NCBI GenBank assembly: GCA_016188385.1
Contig: JACPHV010000002.1
Location: 24,116 to 88,115, forward strand
Length of the DNA stretch: 64,000 bases
Reading direction: 5' to 3'
From: Candidatus Uhrbacteria bacterium
GTDB taxonomy: Bacteria > Patescibacteriota > Patescibacteriia > JACQRZ01
Shown piece by piece: positions 1 through 10,145 of the stretch. The position numbers and the translations under genes were made by a program. The number at the start of each line of letters is the position of its first letter. Position 1 is the stretch's first letter. The notes under the pieces were generated by a model, which was not told the origin of the DNA, made no database searches, and saw only the letters and a list, made by a program, of their open reading frames with translations.

Positions 1-31
1 AAACGCCCTAAAGCAATTTCAATCAATCCGT

Positions 32-2689
32 ATGACTGATCCGACTCGATCACGCGGACTTCCGAGCAGAGATCTTCATGACGCTTTTGGATTTCCCCGT
101 ATTGGCGGTGAATTCGCGCTTGACAGTATCGAAGCGTTTCAAGCGCAGCTCCTGCTTCTTGAACACTATTCTCTTGAGAGATTTAATGAGATCAGGAGCC
201 TGGGCGCTCGGTTTGCAACGTATTATCAGGCGCTTGAAAGTGAATTATTTCATGGATTTTCAGAAGAGCAAGCGCAGACTGTTCGACACCTGCGTGAGCA
301 GATCGAAGAGGTGCTTAACCGTGTAGAAGGCGTGCTTGATGAAGTGCGCGATTTTTATTTTCTCCAACGGATTCCCGATGAAGGTTTGCGTGAACAATTC
401 ATTGATCTGATAAAACGGATGATGATCGATCTTGATATGGTATCGGAGCTCATGCGCGGACTTGAATCAGATAATGTCGTGGATCGATACGAAGCAACTC
501 AACAAGCGATTTTTTCCGCATCTCATGTGCATGGCATCGCGGAGCAATATCGGGCAGGATCACTCGTCCCGCCCGGTGCGTTTTTTCTTCCTTCCGTGCC
601 GGGCGCCACGTATGTCGGATATTCGCCAAATGATGCCGAGCGTCCAGAGCCTTTGTCGCAACAGCATCCTTCGACGGTGACGCGCATCGCATTGCCTTCA
701 CGTGTACTGCGTCTTGCGCGCGAGGTGCCCCGCACACCGCGGACAGAACGAAAATTGATCACGATGGGGCAAGCGCAACAAAGTGAAGCATTAGGACTCC
801 CGCCGCCGCGAAATGGATATCTATACTTGCCCTACGCGGTTGAAGGTTATTACTCAACTCGGACGCCGTATGGCAACACCGTAGAGCAGAGAAATAGACT
901 CCTTGCGTACCAAGAGACAATTAAGCGTGGCACCATTGCCGGCGCTCTCCTCGAAATCCGCGGCGCAGTGGATCCTGATTTTCTTGCGTGGGTCGTGGGT
1001 AAGGGGATCGGCGATTATGGTCCTATTCCGGAAGTGGAAATCGCGTATTCCATGCCGTTGCCTTCGGGCGCCTTATACCGTTTTCCCATCAAGCTCCCCC
1101 GCGATCTCGAGGCAAGTACCTTGTATCCATCGCCTTTTTTGTACCATGATCCGAGAGATAGGGCAGTTGTACACGCGATTCGAGAATTGTTACTTCACCG
1201 CGAAAAAAGTTTTTTTATCAATTTTTTAAGCGGAAAGACATCAGCTTCACAAAGCGGTGGGAAACCTGAATTCTCGAGCATTCGGGACTATCATGCATAC
1301 GAGGACGCGTTTTGGGAACGCATTTACTCGATAACGGCCTCCGGCAGGATCACCGCGCGGGAAGAAAGAACTCGGGATACAAAAGATGAAATCGTGCGTG
1401 CGGCGGCGGAAGGGTCTGAATTGCGCGCCCTCGTTGAACAGGCGCTATTGGGTACGAATCGCGGTGCGCGTCTCTGGGAAGAGACGAACGGCCGCGAGGA
1501 AGTGAGGCACACAGTCATAGATGCGGTCATCAGCAGGATCAAGCAGATTCGGAAGATAGAATATGGGATCGATCCAGATTCGCCCATTGAACAAAGATAT
1601 GAAGATGAGCGTCGGGTGCTCGGTTACGGTTCTAGTCTCCCGCGCGAAGGATTTCCATTGCCGGTCTATTATATTGTCAGTGATGCGCTCATGCCTTTTT
1701 ATCAGAAAAAGGGGGATACGGAGCATTTTACGGGCGAGTACCCTAGCCCTCATGATCGATACGAAGGACTTGAAGGATTACGGAACTTTCTTTCAGACCC
1801 AACTCTGAATCGACCAAACCGAACAATCGAAGTCTATGATCCGCATGCTGATTCCGGCAAAGAGCATAGGAGCGAAGACCGAGTATCAGATGTGAAGGCA
1901 GCAAAAGTATATCGGAACGCGGTCAAGGATAACATCAAGCGCGCGGAAACATTCTTTGAACATGCGCAGAAGGAACGGAAAATACTCGAGCTATCGGCGG
2001 CGAAAGGCGGTGAAACGCATGAGCAAAAAGAGCGGCGGTTGTATCTTATCGGGGTTTCCGAACGTTTTCGCGCGAGACTTACGGATATTAAAGAGATTCG
2101 GAGACGTCTCAAACTTTCCGATACTGAAATGGAACGAGCGCGGCATATGATAAAGAATAAGGGGCAACGTGATTCCCTCCTTGAACAGCTTGAAGGAATG
2201 ACCGACTCGGGACGCTACGCGCTTCAGCATCTCTATCAGGAATGTATCGGTTCCGAAAAAGAGTGGAGCGGATTTGCCGTGAGAATCACCAGCGACGTAG
2301 CGACAAACCACATAAGGCTGTTCTATGTGATCCTTCGGGACGGTTCTCTCATCTGTAATATCAGGAAAGGGACAAAAGATATCGTATCAGTCAATCATTC
2401 TGATCTTGCCGGCGGACAGAATATCTATGCGGGAGGGGAGCTGGTATTTGAGCGGATGGGCACAAGCTCTTGGGGCTTGCGAGAGATAAATAATGGTTCC
2501 GGACACTACAAGCCATCGGGATTAACCTTGTATTACGCCACGAGTCTTTTGAATCATAATGGATTCGATACTTCGCGCGCGCGGCGTATTGACAGCATCC
2601 TTCGGATTGATGTTGACACAGGGTATCTCCTTCATGCCGATCAGGTATCGCCTATCAGCGACCCCGACGCTTTGAGCGATCTATCTTGA
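32..2689 (+). CDS. Large hypothetical protein; C-terminal domain with H-x-x-L-A-G-G...AGGEL...NNGSGHYKP motif (polymorphic toxin/effector-like)
   Basis: 885-aa ORF; C-terminal HSDLAGGQNIYAGGELVF and INNGSGHYKPS motifs. Confidence 0.55.
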   Translation: MTDPTRSRGLPSRDLHDAFGFPRIGGEFALDSIEAFQAQLLLLEHYSLERFNEIRSLGARFATYYQALESELFHGFSEEQAQTVRHLREQIEEVLNRVEGVLDEVRDFYFLQRIPDEGLREQFIDLIKRMMIDLDMVSELMRGLESDNVVDRYEATQQAIFSASHVHGIAEQYRAGSLVPPGAFFLPSVPGATYVGYSPNDAERPEPLSQQHPSTVTRIALPSRVLRLAREVPRTPRTERKLITMGQAQQSEALGLPPPRNGYLYLPYAVEGYYSTRTPYGNTVEQRNRLLAYQETIKRGTIAGALLEIRGAVDPDFLAWVVGKGIGDYGPIPEVEIAYSMPLPSGALYRFPIKLPRDLEASTLYPSPFLYHDPRDRAVVHAIRELLLHREKSFFINFLSGKTSASQSGGKPEFSSIRDYHAYEDAFWERIYSITASGRITAREERTRDTKDEIVRAAAEGSELRALVEQALLGTNRGARLWEETNGREEVRHTVIDAVISRIKQIRKIEYGIDPDSPIEQRYEDERRVLGYGSSLPREGFPLPVYYIVSDALMPFYQKKGDTEHFTGEYPSPHDRYEGLEGLRNFLSDPTLNRPNRTIEVYDPHADSGKEHRSEDRVSDVKAAKVYRNAVKDNIKRAETFFEHAQKERKILELSAAKGGETHEQKERRLYLIGVSERFRARLTDIKEIRRRLKLSDTEMERARHMIKNKGQRDSLLEQLEGMTDSGRYALQHLYQECIGSEKEWSGFAVRITSDVATNHIRLFYVILRDGSLICNIRKGTKDIVSVNHSDLAGGQNIYAGGELVFERMGTSSWGLREINNGSGHYKPSGLTLYYATSLLNHNGFDTSRARRIDSILRIDVDTGYLLHADQVSPISDPDALSDLS

Positions 2690-2741
2690 AGTCAATTCAG
2701 CATTCCACTACCATACGTTTGTCAGAAGCACACAAAATGAT

Positions 2742-4496
2742 ATGAATTCAAATCAAATCAGAAAACAATTTTTAGAATTTTTCAAAATGCGGGGACACGC
2801 GGTGGTTCCTTCATCATCTCTCGTGCCAGACGATCCTTCCGTCCTGCTCACTACCGCAGGAATGCAGCAGTTCAAGAAATACTATACCGGCGAAGCTGAT
2901 GCGCTCAAAGATTTCGGTTCGCTTAATACCGCGTCCGCGCAAAAGAGTTTCCGCACATCGGATATCGATGAAGTCGGAGACGAGTCCCACCTTACATTTT
3001 TTGAAATGCTCGGTAATTTTTCATTTGGCGGATATTTCAAAACGGAAGCAATTACCTATGCGCATGAATTTATCACATCGGTAATGAAGCTCCCGATTTC
3101 CTATGTGACGATTTTCGGCGGGTCTCACGGAGTAGTGAAAGATGAGGAATCCCGCGCGATCTGGAACTCGCTCGGAATCACCGATGTGCGAGAAGAGGGT
3201 ATCGACGATGTATTCTGGGGGCCCACGGGAAGTTCCGGCCCCTGCGGTCCCACGACCGAGATCTACTGCAGAAACTCCATGGGGCAGGATATTGAAATCT
3301 GGAATATCGTATTCAATGAGTTTTTTTATCCCGGTTCTCGGGAAGAGCTGCTTGGCGGATCTGATAAAAAGCTGCAACGACTTTCGTCTCCTGGAGTGGA
3401 TACCGGCATGGGGCTGGAGCGCCTCGCCATGATCGCGCAGGGCGTACCCACTATTTTTGATACTGATCTGTTTCGTGATCTGTTCGACACATTTCCTTCC
3501 GAGCTTGACGAGAGAGATCATCGGATTATTGCCGATCATGCTCGTGGCGCTTGTTTTTTGATATCAGATGGCGTTCGCCCTTCCAATAAGGATAGAGGAT
3601 ACATTCTTCGAAAGATTCTTCGGCGGCTTATTGTTTTTGAACATCGAGCCGGGGAAGCCATCAATATGTTTCGAGCCGTTGCTCCTTTGATTGTTGGCGC
3701 ATACCATGGCGCGTATCCTGATTTGCATCTTGACACGATCTTGATCGAGTGGGACAAGGAAAAGGCAAAATTTCTCAAAACATTGAAGTTGGGGTTAAAG
3801 GAGCTGGGCAAGATTGATGCGATTGATGCCAGATCCGCGTTTCGTCTCTATGAGAGCTACGGCTTGCCGTATGAGATTTTAAAAGAAATGGGAGGCGAGC
3901 GCGCCAAAGCGCTCAATCGGATTGATTTCGAACGCGAGTTTGCTCATCATCAGGAAATATCGCGCGCGGGAGCTGAAAAAAAATTTGGAGGCCATGGTCT
4001 TTTGCTCGATACGGGAGAATTGAAAGCAAAAGACGCGCAAGAGTTAGCCATAGTGACGCGATTGCACACGACCACCCATATTCTCCAACAGGCATTACGA
4101 TCTGTGCTTGGCACGGAAATATCGCAGGCCGGATCCGATATTACCGCTGAACGCACCCGTTTTGATTTTACGTTTCATCGTAAAGTGACGCCGGATGAGA
4201 TTGCGAGCGTCGAAACTCTCATCAATGAAGTCGTGCGCAAAGATATGCCGGTTTCGTTTCAAGAGTTGCCAAAAGAAGAAGCGCAAAAGACAGGCGCCCT
4301 CTATTTTTTCAGAGAAAAATATCCGGACTGTGTAAAAGTATACTACATCGGCGAATCGCTTGACTCGGCTTTTTCCAAAGAATTTTGCGGCGGCCCTCAT
4401 GTAAGGCATACAGGTGAAATCGGACCTGTAAAGATTATCAAAGAGGAGTCTTGCGGAGCAGGTATTCGCCGGATCAGAGCCGTGCTTGCCCACTGA
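2742..4496 (+). CDS. alaS: Alanine--tRNA ligase (short form, no C-Ala domain)
   Basis: IRKQFLEFF, LLTTAGMQQFK, FEMLGNFSFG, DTGMGLERL, editing HTTTH and EFCGGPHV motifs; 584 aa. Confidence 0.97.
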   Translation: MNSNQIRKQFLEFFKMRGHAVVPSSSLVPDDPSVLLTTAGMQQFKKYYTGEADALKDFGSLNTASAQKSFRTSDIDEVGDESHLTFFEMLGNFSFGGYFKTEAITYAHEFITSVMKLPISYVTIFGGSHGVVKDEESRAIWNSLGITDVREEGIDDVFWGPTGSSGPCGPTTEIYCRNSMGQDIEIWNIVFNEFFYPGSREELLGGSDKKLQRLSSPGVDTGMGLERLAMIAQGVPTIFDTDLFRDLFDTFPSELDERDHRIIADHARGACFLISDGVRPSNKDRGYILRKILRRLIVFEHRAGEAINMFRAVAPLIVGAYHGAYPDLHLDTILIEWDKEKAKFLKTLKLGLKELGKIDAIDARSAFRLYESYGLPYEILKEMGGERAKALNRIDFEREFAHHQEISRAGAEKKFGGHGLLLDTGELKAKDAQELAIVTRLHTTTHILQQALRSVLGTEISQAGSDITAERTRFDFTFHRKVTPDEIASVETLINEVVRKDMPVSFQELPKEEAQKTGALYFFREKYPDCVKVYYIGESLDSAFSKEFCGGPHVRHTGEIGPVKIIKEESCGAGIRRIRAVLAH

Positions 4497-4530
4497 TCAG
4501 CGGAAATACTTCGGTGGATAAAAGGGGGTC

Positions 4531-4558
4531 TTGCATTATTTTTTAGTCCTGCTATAGT
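4531..4558 (+). promoter_or_regulatory. Putative sigma70 promoter for the infA-r-protein operon
   Basis: TTGCAT-16 bp-TATAGT upstream of infA; leader hairpin CCCTTCTCTC/GAGAGAAGGG near 4589-4610. Confidence 0.45.
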
Positions 4559-4623
4559 ATCCTCACGTTTTCGAGTGAGCGACACTATCCCTTCTCTCGA
4601 GAGAGAAGGGTCTTATCTATTTT

Positions 4624-4854
4624 ATGGCTCAAAATTCCGGGTCCGAAAAGGATTTTATCGAAGCGGATGGGGAGGTAATCGAACTCCTTCCGTCAGCGAC
4701 ATTTCGGATACGGCTCGACAGCGGACATGAAATACACGGACACCTGTCAGGCAAAATGAGAATGTATAAGATTCGTATCTTGCCGGGTGATCGGGTAAAA
4801 GTGGAGATGACTCCATACGATCTTACAAAAGGCAGAGTTACACTCCGATATTAG
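4624..4854 (+). CDS. infA: Translation initiation factor IF-1
   Basis: [31 protein letters not shown]. Confidence 0.98.
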   Translation: MAQNSGSEKDFIEADGEVIELLPSATFRIRLDSGHEIHGHLSGKMRMYKIRILPGDRVKVEMTPYDLTKGRVTLRY

Positions 4855-4874
4855 CGGTTTGGCAGGATTACGGT

Positions 4875-4988
4875 ATGAAAGTACAATCGTCAGTTAAAAA
4901 AATTTGTTTGAAATGCACGACAGTGCGTCGAAAGAAACGTGTTGTTGTATTATGCTCAAATCCTAAACATAAACAACGTCAAGGTTAA
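4875..4988 (+). CDS. rpmJ: 50S ribosomal protein L36 (Zn-ribbon form); below the ORF-track size cutoff
   Basis: Manual translation [37 protein letters not shown]; lies between infA and rpsM. Confidence 0.97.
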   Translation: MKVQSSVKKICLKCTTVRRKKRVVVLCSNPKHKQRQG

Positions 4989-5005
4989 TCCCTTCTCCTT
5001 TTTCC

Positions 5006-5395
5006 ATGGCCGTCAGAATCGCGGGAGTCACCCTTCCGCCCAAAAAAAGAGTGGAATACGCCCTCCCCAAGATTTACGGAGTGGGTTTGTCGCTTTCCCG
5101 TAAAGTGCTTGCGGAGATCGGAGTCGAACCAAGTAAAAAGACTGCCGATCTGACAGACGCCGAAGCTCATCAACTGCGCGAAGCGATCGAAAAACAGTAT
5201 AAGGTAGAAGGTGATTTACGCCGTGAAATCTACGCGAACATCAAACATCATAAAGAGATCGGCACATACCGCGGGTCGCGACACGCGCGTAAGTTGCCGG
5301 CACGAGGCCAGCGCACAAAGACGAATTCCCGCACGGTTCGAGGTAACGTGCGTAAGACAATGATGTCCGGCAAGCGCGCACTCACGAAGACATAA
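5006..5395 (+). CDS. rpsM: 30S ribosomal protein S13
   Basis: RIAGV, IYGVG, YRGSRH, RGQRTKTNSRT. Confidence 0.98.
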   Translation: MAVRIAGVTLPPKKRVEYALPKIYGVGLSLSRKVLAEIGVEPSKKTADLTDAEAHQLREAIEKQYKVEGDLRREIYANIKHHKEIGTYRGSRHARKLPARGQRTKTNSRTVRGNVRKTMMSGKRALTKT

Positions 5396-5400
5396 TATTT

Positions 5401-5814
5401 ATGGCAGCGAAACAAGAAATTAAGGAAAAGAAATCCCCAACCAAGAAACGCAAAAAACAAGTCAAACACGTGCCGGTGGGCTGTGTGCATATTCAGGCTA
5501 CGTATAATAATACTGTCGTGACGTTTACGGATGCCAATGGCAATGTTTTGGCATGGTCATCGGCAGGCGTGTGCGGTTTTCGCGGGCCGAAGAAAGCAAC
5601 TCCGTATGCAGCATCGGTAATCGTGAGAGATGCGGCGGAAAAAGTACAGCCCTACGGCTTGACGGAAGTCGTTGTTTTTGTAAAAGGTATCGGTTCGGGT
5701 CGAGAGGGCGCGGTACGCGCGCTGAATGCTCATGGGTTTACTGTCACAAGCATCAAAGACGTTACGCCGATTCCCCATAACGGGTGCAGGCCGAAGAAAG
5801 TTCGAAGAGTGTAA
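5401..5814 (+). CDS. rpsK: 30S ribosomal protein S11
   Basis: ATYNNT, WSSAG, KKATPYAA, DVTPIPHNGCRP. Confidence 0.98.
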   Translation: MAAKQEIKEKKSPTKKRKKQVKHVPVGCVHIQATYNNTVVTFTDANGNVLAWSSAGVCGFRGPKKATPYAASVIVRDAAEKVQPYGLTEVVVFVKGIGSGREGAVRALNAHGFTVTSIKDVTPIPHNGCRPKKVRRV

Positions 5815-5834
5815 TCCATTTATATTATTTTTTT

Positions 5835-6470
5835 GTGGCACGAACGTTAGACGCAAAATGCAGGATGTGTAGGCGAGCAGGCACAAAGCTTTTCTTGAAA
5901 GGAGAGCGTTGTTTCACGCCAAAATGCGCTATTGTAAAACGGAATTATCCGCCTGGCGTGCAGGGAGCGAAACGCGCGCGGCCTCGTCTGACAAGCTACG
6001 CGGTTCAGCTAAAAGAAAAACAAAAATGTCATCATCACTACCGGATTTCCGAAAAACAGATGAGCAATTATTTTTCAAAGGCGGTGCGCAAACAAGGAGA
6101 CACGGGATTATTTATGCACCAGATGCTAGAACAGCGGCTTGATAATGCTGTGTATCGACTCGGATTGGCTCGTTCTCGAGATGAAGCGCGTCAGTCAGTC
6201 GGACACGGTTTTATTCTTGTGAACGGAAAGAAAGTTTCGATCCCTTCTTATCAGATCAAAGTAGGCGATCTCATCACGTTGAAAAAGGGCGCGGAGGCAA
6301 GCAAGCGGTTTCTGGAGTTGCCCCAGATGGAGGAGAAGGAACAAGAGAAACTCCCGAGCTGGCTTATTCGCGAATCCCAGCTGGCGGGAAAAGTTGTCGG
6401 TATCCCGCAAGGGGATGATCTCGCCGCTCCCTTTGACATGAAGCTGATCGTTGAATTTTATTCCCGATAA
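5835..6470 (+). CDS. rpsD: 30S ribosomal protein S4 (probable GTG start at 5835)
   Basis: CRMCRRAGTKLFLKGERC, LEQRLDNAVYRLG, IVEFYSR. Confidence 0.97.
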   Translation: MARTLDAKCRMCRRAGTKLFLKGERCFTPKCAIVKRNYPPGVQGAKRARPRLTSYAVQLKEKQKCHHHYRISEKQMSNYFSKAVRKQGDTGLFMHQMLEQRLDNAVYRLGLARSRDEARQSVGHGFILVNGKKVSIPSYQIKVGDLITLKKGAEASKRFLELPQMEEKEQEKLPSWLIRESQLAGKVVGIPQGDDLAAPFDMKLIVEFYSR

Positions 6471-6497
6471 AGCCCTAACGCATTTACTTTACTATCT

Positions 6498-7334
6498 ATG
6501 CAGTTTATCCCGCTTCCTACGAAGTTTCTGTATCAAGACGGATCCAAAGCAAATGAGACCGTATTGACGATCGAGCCGTTGTACCCCGGTTATGGATTGA
6601 CGATCGGCACGGCATTGCGGAGGGTACTGCTATCCTCGCTTGCCGGAGGGGCTGTTGTCGCGGTTAAGATCAAAGGCGTGCTCCATGAATTTTCCACTAT
6701 CCCGTATGTAAAGGAAGATGTTGTCGATATTCTGCTTAATATCAAGAAGCTCCGATTTAATGTCCATACGGATGAAGAAGTGCGGGTTTCGTTGCATGTA
6801 AAAGGAGAAAAAGTGGTAACCGGCGCTGACATTATTGGCAACAGCGATGTCGAAGTCTCCAGTCAGAATGCCCATATATGTACATTGACCAATAAAAACG
6901 CGCAAATAGAAATTGAATTTTTTGTCAGAAAAGGGAGAGGATATTTGCCGACAGAAATGCGTGAAAAAGAAAAATTGGAGCTTGGCACCATCGCGATTGA
7001 CGCATTATTCACCCCCGTAGTATCAGTCGGCCTTAAAATCGAAAATGTTCGGGTCGGCCAAATGACGAATTATAATAAAGTCATCCTTACGATCGAAACC
7101 GATGGCAGCATCTCCGCGCAAGACGCGATTGCGGAAGCAAGCAAGATTCTTGTTGACCACTATCGAGTGATCTCCGGCGGCGTGGAAGGTACTGACGGTT
7201 TAGGTGATGAAAGTCCGTATGTCAGCGGCGATGAAATTGCTTCGCTTGTGGACGCGACAGAAGGAGAGGAGTCTCAAGATGAAGAAGAGCAAGATCAGCC
7301 GAAAAAACGGGGACGGCCCAAAAAAGGGGCATAA
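6498..7334 (+). CDS. rpoA: RNA polymerase alpha subunit lacking the alpha-CTD; acidic tail ends in an AT-hook-like PKKRGRPKK
   Basis: IEPLYPGYGLTIGTALRRVLLSS, HEFSTIP, DALFTPV, RVGQ; only 278 aa. Confidence 0.97.
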   Translation: MQFIPLPTKFLYQDGSKANETVLTIEPLYPGYGLTIGTALRRVLLSSLAGGAVVAVKIKGVLHEFSTIPYVKEDVVDILLNIKKLRFNVHTDEEVRVSLHVKGEKVVTGADIIGNSDVEVSSQNAHICTLTNKNAQIEIEFFVRKGRGYLPTEMREKEKLELGTIAIDALFTPVVSVGLKIENVRVGQMTNYNKVILTIETDGSISAQDAIAEASKILVDHYRVISGGVEGTDGLGDESPYVSGDEIASLVDATEGEESQDEEEQDQPKKRGRPKKGA

Positions 7335-7352
7335 TTACGACAGGGGAGAGAT

Positions 7353-7718
7353 ATGAGGCATAGAAACAAAAAAACGATTTTAAGCCGCAAACAAGGACCG
7401 CGCGTCGCGTTAATCAAAAATCTCGCAGCGCAATTTATCATTTACGAGAAACTAGTCACTACGGAAACGAAGGCAAAAGTCCTTCGGCCGTATGTCGAAC
7501 GGCTTATCACAAAAGGTAAACATGGCATAGCGACAAAGCAGCGCCAGGCCGTCGCTCGTGATTTGTTGAAATATATTCCGTTGCCCAGCGCTGTCAGGAA
7601 GACTTTTGACATACTTGCTCCTCGATATGCCGACAGGAAAGGCGGATATACGAGAATAGTCAAGATGGCTCCGCGGCAAGGAGATGGGGCGCGTGCCGCT
7701 CGCATTGAATTTGTATAA
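7353..7718 (+). CDS. rplQ: 50S ribosomal protein L17
   Basis: MRHR, TTETKAK, RKGGYTRIVK, RQGDGA. Confidence 0.98.
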   Translation: MRHRNKKTILSRKQGPRVALIKNLAAQFIIYEKLVTTETKAKVLRPYVERLITKGKHGIATKQRQAVARDLLKYIPLPSAVRKTFDILAPRYADRKGGYTRIVKMAPRQGDGARAARIEFV

Positions 7719-7723
7719 TCGAT

Positions 7724-8104
7724 ATGCAAAAACATCAAACAAAACAAGCGAAAGGTTCGCGTTTAATCCATCATGTCGATGTATCAGGCAAGTCATTGGG
7801 CCGTGTTGCGACTCTCATCGCGACATTGCTTCGCGGCAAACATAAGCCTTCCTATGTACCGTATCTTGATGAAGGAGACGAGGTGGTAGTGCGGGGCGTG
7901 CGTGATTTGAAATTTTCAGGAAAGAAGTTTGAGCAGAAAGTATACCACCGATATTCCGGATACCCGGGTGGCTTGAAAACAAAAAAATTATCCGAAGTTT
8001 TTTTCAAACGGCCTGATTGGGTTCTCTGGCATGCCGTATATCAGATGCTTCCGCCGACGCGGCTCCGCAAACCCATGATGAAACGTTTGAACATTGAAAA
8101 ATAA
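7724..8104 (+). CDS. rplM: 50S ribosomal protein L13
   Basis: LGRVAT, LRGKHKPSY, YSGYPGGLK. Confidence 0.97.
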   Translation: MQKHQTKQAKGSRLIHHVDVSGKSLGRVATLIATLLRGKHKPSYVPYLDEGDEVVVRGVRDLKFSGKKFEQKVYHRYSGYPGGLKTKKLSEVFFKRPDWVLWHAVYQMLPPTRLRKPMMKRLNIEK

Positions 8105-8113
8105 TTTTTTGCT

Positions 8114-8569
8114 ATGACATCAAAGGATACTCATGTGGAGAACGAGCCGACAAAAAAACAAAAAACAAAGAGCGAGAGCAAAACATTTGTCGCTCGAGCC
8201 GTGGGACGTCGCAAAGAAGCGATTGCGCGCGTCTCTCTTTCCGAAGGGATCGGAAAGATCATCGTAAACGGCAAAGATTACACGCATTATTTCCCTACTT
8301 TTGCATTGCAGAAAAACGTGCAAGCGCCGTTAGTGCTCACCGATACGGCGGCAGGTTTTGACGTATCCGTGAAAGTAGTCGGTGGTGGCGTGCGCGGGCA
8401 AGCAGATGCGGTACGCCATGGTATTTCCCGGGCGCTGCTTTCTCTCAACAATGATTTGAAAAAGACTCTGCGCGCGGAAGGATTTCTCACCCGAGATCCG
8501 CGCGTAAAAGAAAGGAAAAAACCCGGACTCAAACGGGCGCGCCGCGCCCCGCAATTCTCCAAGCGGTAA
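8114..8569 (+). CDS. rpsI: 30S ribosomal protein S9
   Basis: [47 protein letters not shown]. Confidence 0.98.
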   Translation: MTSKDTHVENEPTKKQKTKSESKTFVARAVGRRKEAIARVSLSEGIGKIIVNGKDYTHYFPTFALQKNVQAPLVLTDTAAGFDVSVKVVGGGVRGQADAVRHGISRALLSLNNDLKKTLRAEGFLTRDPRVKERKKPGLKRARRAPQFSKR

Positions 8570-8604
8570 ACGCGATGCACAGACTTTCGCGGCATTTCGT
8601 TTAT

Positions 8605-8641
8605 ACCCTCTCACTGTGATCAAGCCGAGAGGGTTTTCTTT
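8605..8641 (+). terminator. Probable intrinsic terminator after rpsI
   Basis: ACCCTCTC...GAGAGGGT stem followed by TTTCTTT. Confidence 0.6.
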
Positions 8642-8684
8642 ATTTCGCCGCCTTGTTTTTTGCTTTGGTTGATGCGATAGTAGT

Positions 8685-10145
8685 ATGAGACTGGTGAAAC
8701 AGGTTCGTATGATTCAAAATATAGGAGTTGTAAAAAATTCGTTTTATATTCTTCTTTCGGCAGTATTCCAAAAAGTACTCACTCTCATTTATTTTATCAT
8801 TGTTGCTCGGTATTACGGACCGCAAGATCAGGGGCTCTATAGCGCTGCGTTATCATTCACTACGCTGATGAGCGTGTTTATTGATCTTGGGATCTCGTCG
8901 GCGCTGACGCGCGAGACTGCGCGTGATCCAAAAGCTGCCGCGCCATTGGTCAGCCAATGCTTTTTTTTGCGGATCGCCACCGGAGCGTTAGTGTACGGCA
9001 GTATGCTTGCCGTCGCGTATCTGCTCGGTTACCCCAAAGCATTGGTCACATTGATTTATGTGGCTGGAATTATTGCCGTTCTCGATACGTTTACGGTAGC
9101 AGGATGGTTTAGCGTGCGCGGATTTCAAAATCTTATCTATGAGGCTCGCGGGGGATTCGCGGCTGTCGCTGTCATGGTAGCGGTCGGAGCGCTTATCATG
9201 GTCGTTGATCTACCGATATTTTATTTGCTTTTCGCGACTCTTGCCGGCTCTGTCATAAATCTCTCATATTCACTCACTGTGCTCACCCGCCGTTGCGGCT
9301 ATCGTCTCACGGTGATTCCGGATTGGGCTGTGATGAAAAAGTTGCTTCTCATCTCCGCGCCGTTTGCGGGAGCAGCTATTTTTTCGAGGCTCTACACATT
9401 CATTGACATGAGTTTGCTGCCAATCTTGGCGAGCGTGCAAGCCGCCGGTCTCTATGCCGCCGCAGTGAAAGTCATGCTTGCGATGAACATCATACCGGCA
9501 TCGCTGTCTTCCAGTCTCTATCCCGCCTTCAGCGCTCTGCATAAAAAAAATGAGGGACGGATCGGATATCTGTGCGCGCGCGGAATCGTGTATCTTGCGT
9601 TGCTCGCTCTGCCTGTCTGTATGGGGTTGTTTTTTCTATCTGATCGTATCGTACTGCTTGTGTATAGCGAGAGCTATGTGCCGACCGCCCGTGTTTTTGA
9701 TGTATTGATACCGGGGATATTTTTTGGTTTTCTCATGTTTCCCCCAGGCGCGCTTCTTTCCGGCACCAATCGGCAAGGGGTGAATACGGCGATCTACGGC
9801 ATCGCCGCGTTGCTCAATATCATCATAAATATCGTACTGATACCTCTTTACCAAGAACGAGGAGCAGCTATCGCTGCATCGGTGACGTATACATGGATTT
9901 TTTTAGCAAGTATCATCATGGTAAACGCGCATCTTAAACCTCACTGGAAGTATATGGGCATAATGGCGGCAAAAGCGATCTTCGCAACGGCGATTATGGG
10001 CGGAGTTCTCTATCTCCTTCGTTCTGACGTGCCAACGCTTCTTTTGATTGCAATCGGGATTATTGTATACGGAATTACAATTTTTGCTTTGAGAATCATT
10101 TCGCTGGCGGAGATATCTGACATTGTAGTTTCAAAAAGACAATGA
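8685..10145 (+). CDS. Polysaccharide flippase (Wzx/MOP family)
   Basis: Many TM segments; GVVKNSFY, DLGIS..LTRE, GLYAAA motifs; adjacent to glycosyltransferases. Confidence 0.88.
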   Translation: MRLVKQVRMIQNIGVVKNSFYILLSAVFQKVLTLIYFIIVARYYGPQDQGLYSAALSFTTLMSVFIDLGISSALTRETARDPKAAAPLVSQCFFLRIATGALVYGSMLAVAYLLGYPKALVTLIYVAGIIAVLDTFTVAGWFSVRGFQNLIYEARGGFAAVAVMVAVGALIMVVDLPIFYLLFATLAGSVINLSYSLTVLTRRCGYRLTVIPDWAVMKKLLLISAPFAGAAIFSRLYTFIDMSLLPILASVQAAGLYAAAVKVMLAMNIIPASLSSSLYPAFSALHKKNEGRIGYLCARGIVYLALLALPVCMGLFFLSDRIVLLVYSESYVPTARVFDVLIPGIFFGFLMFPPGALLSGTNRQGVNTAIYGIAALLNIIINIVLIPLYQERGAAIAASVTYTWIFLASIIMVNAHLKPHWKYMGIMAAKAIFATAIMGGVLYLLRSDVPTLLLIAIGIIVYGITIFALRIISLAEISDIVVSKRQ

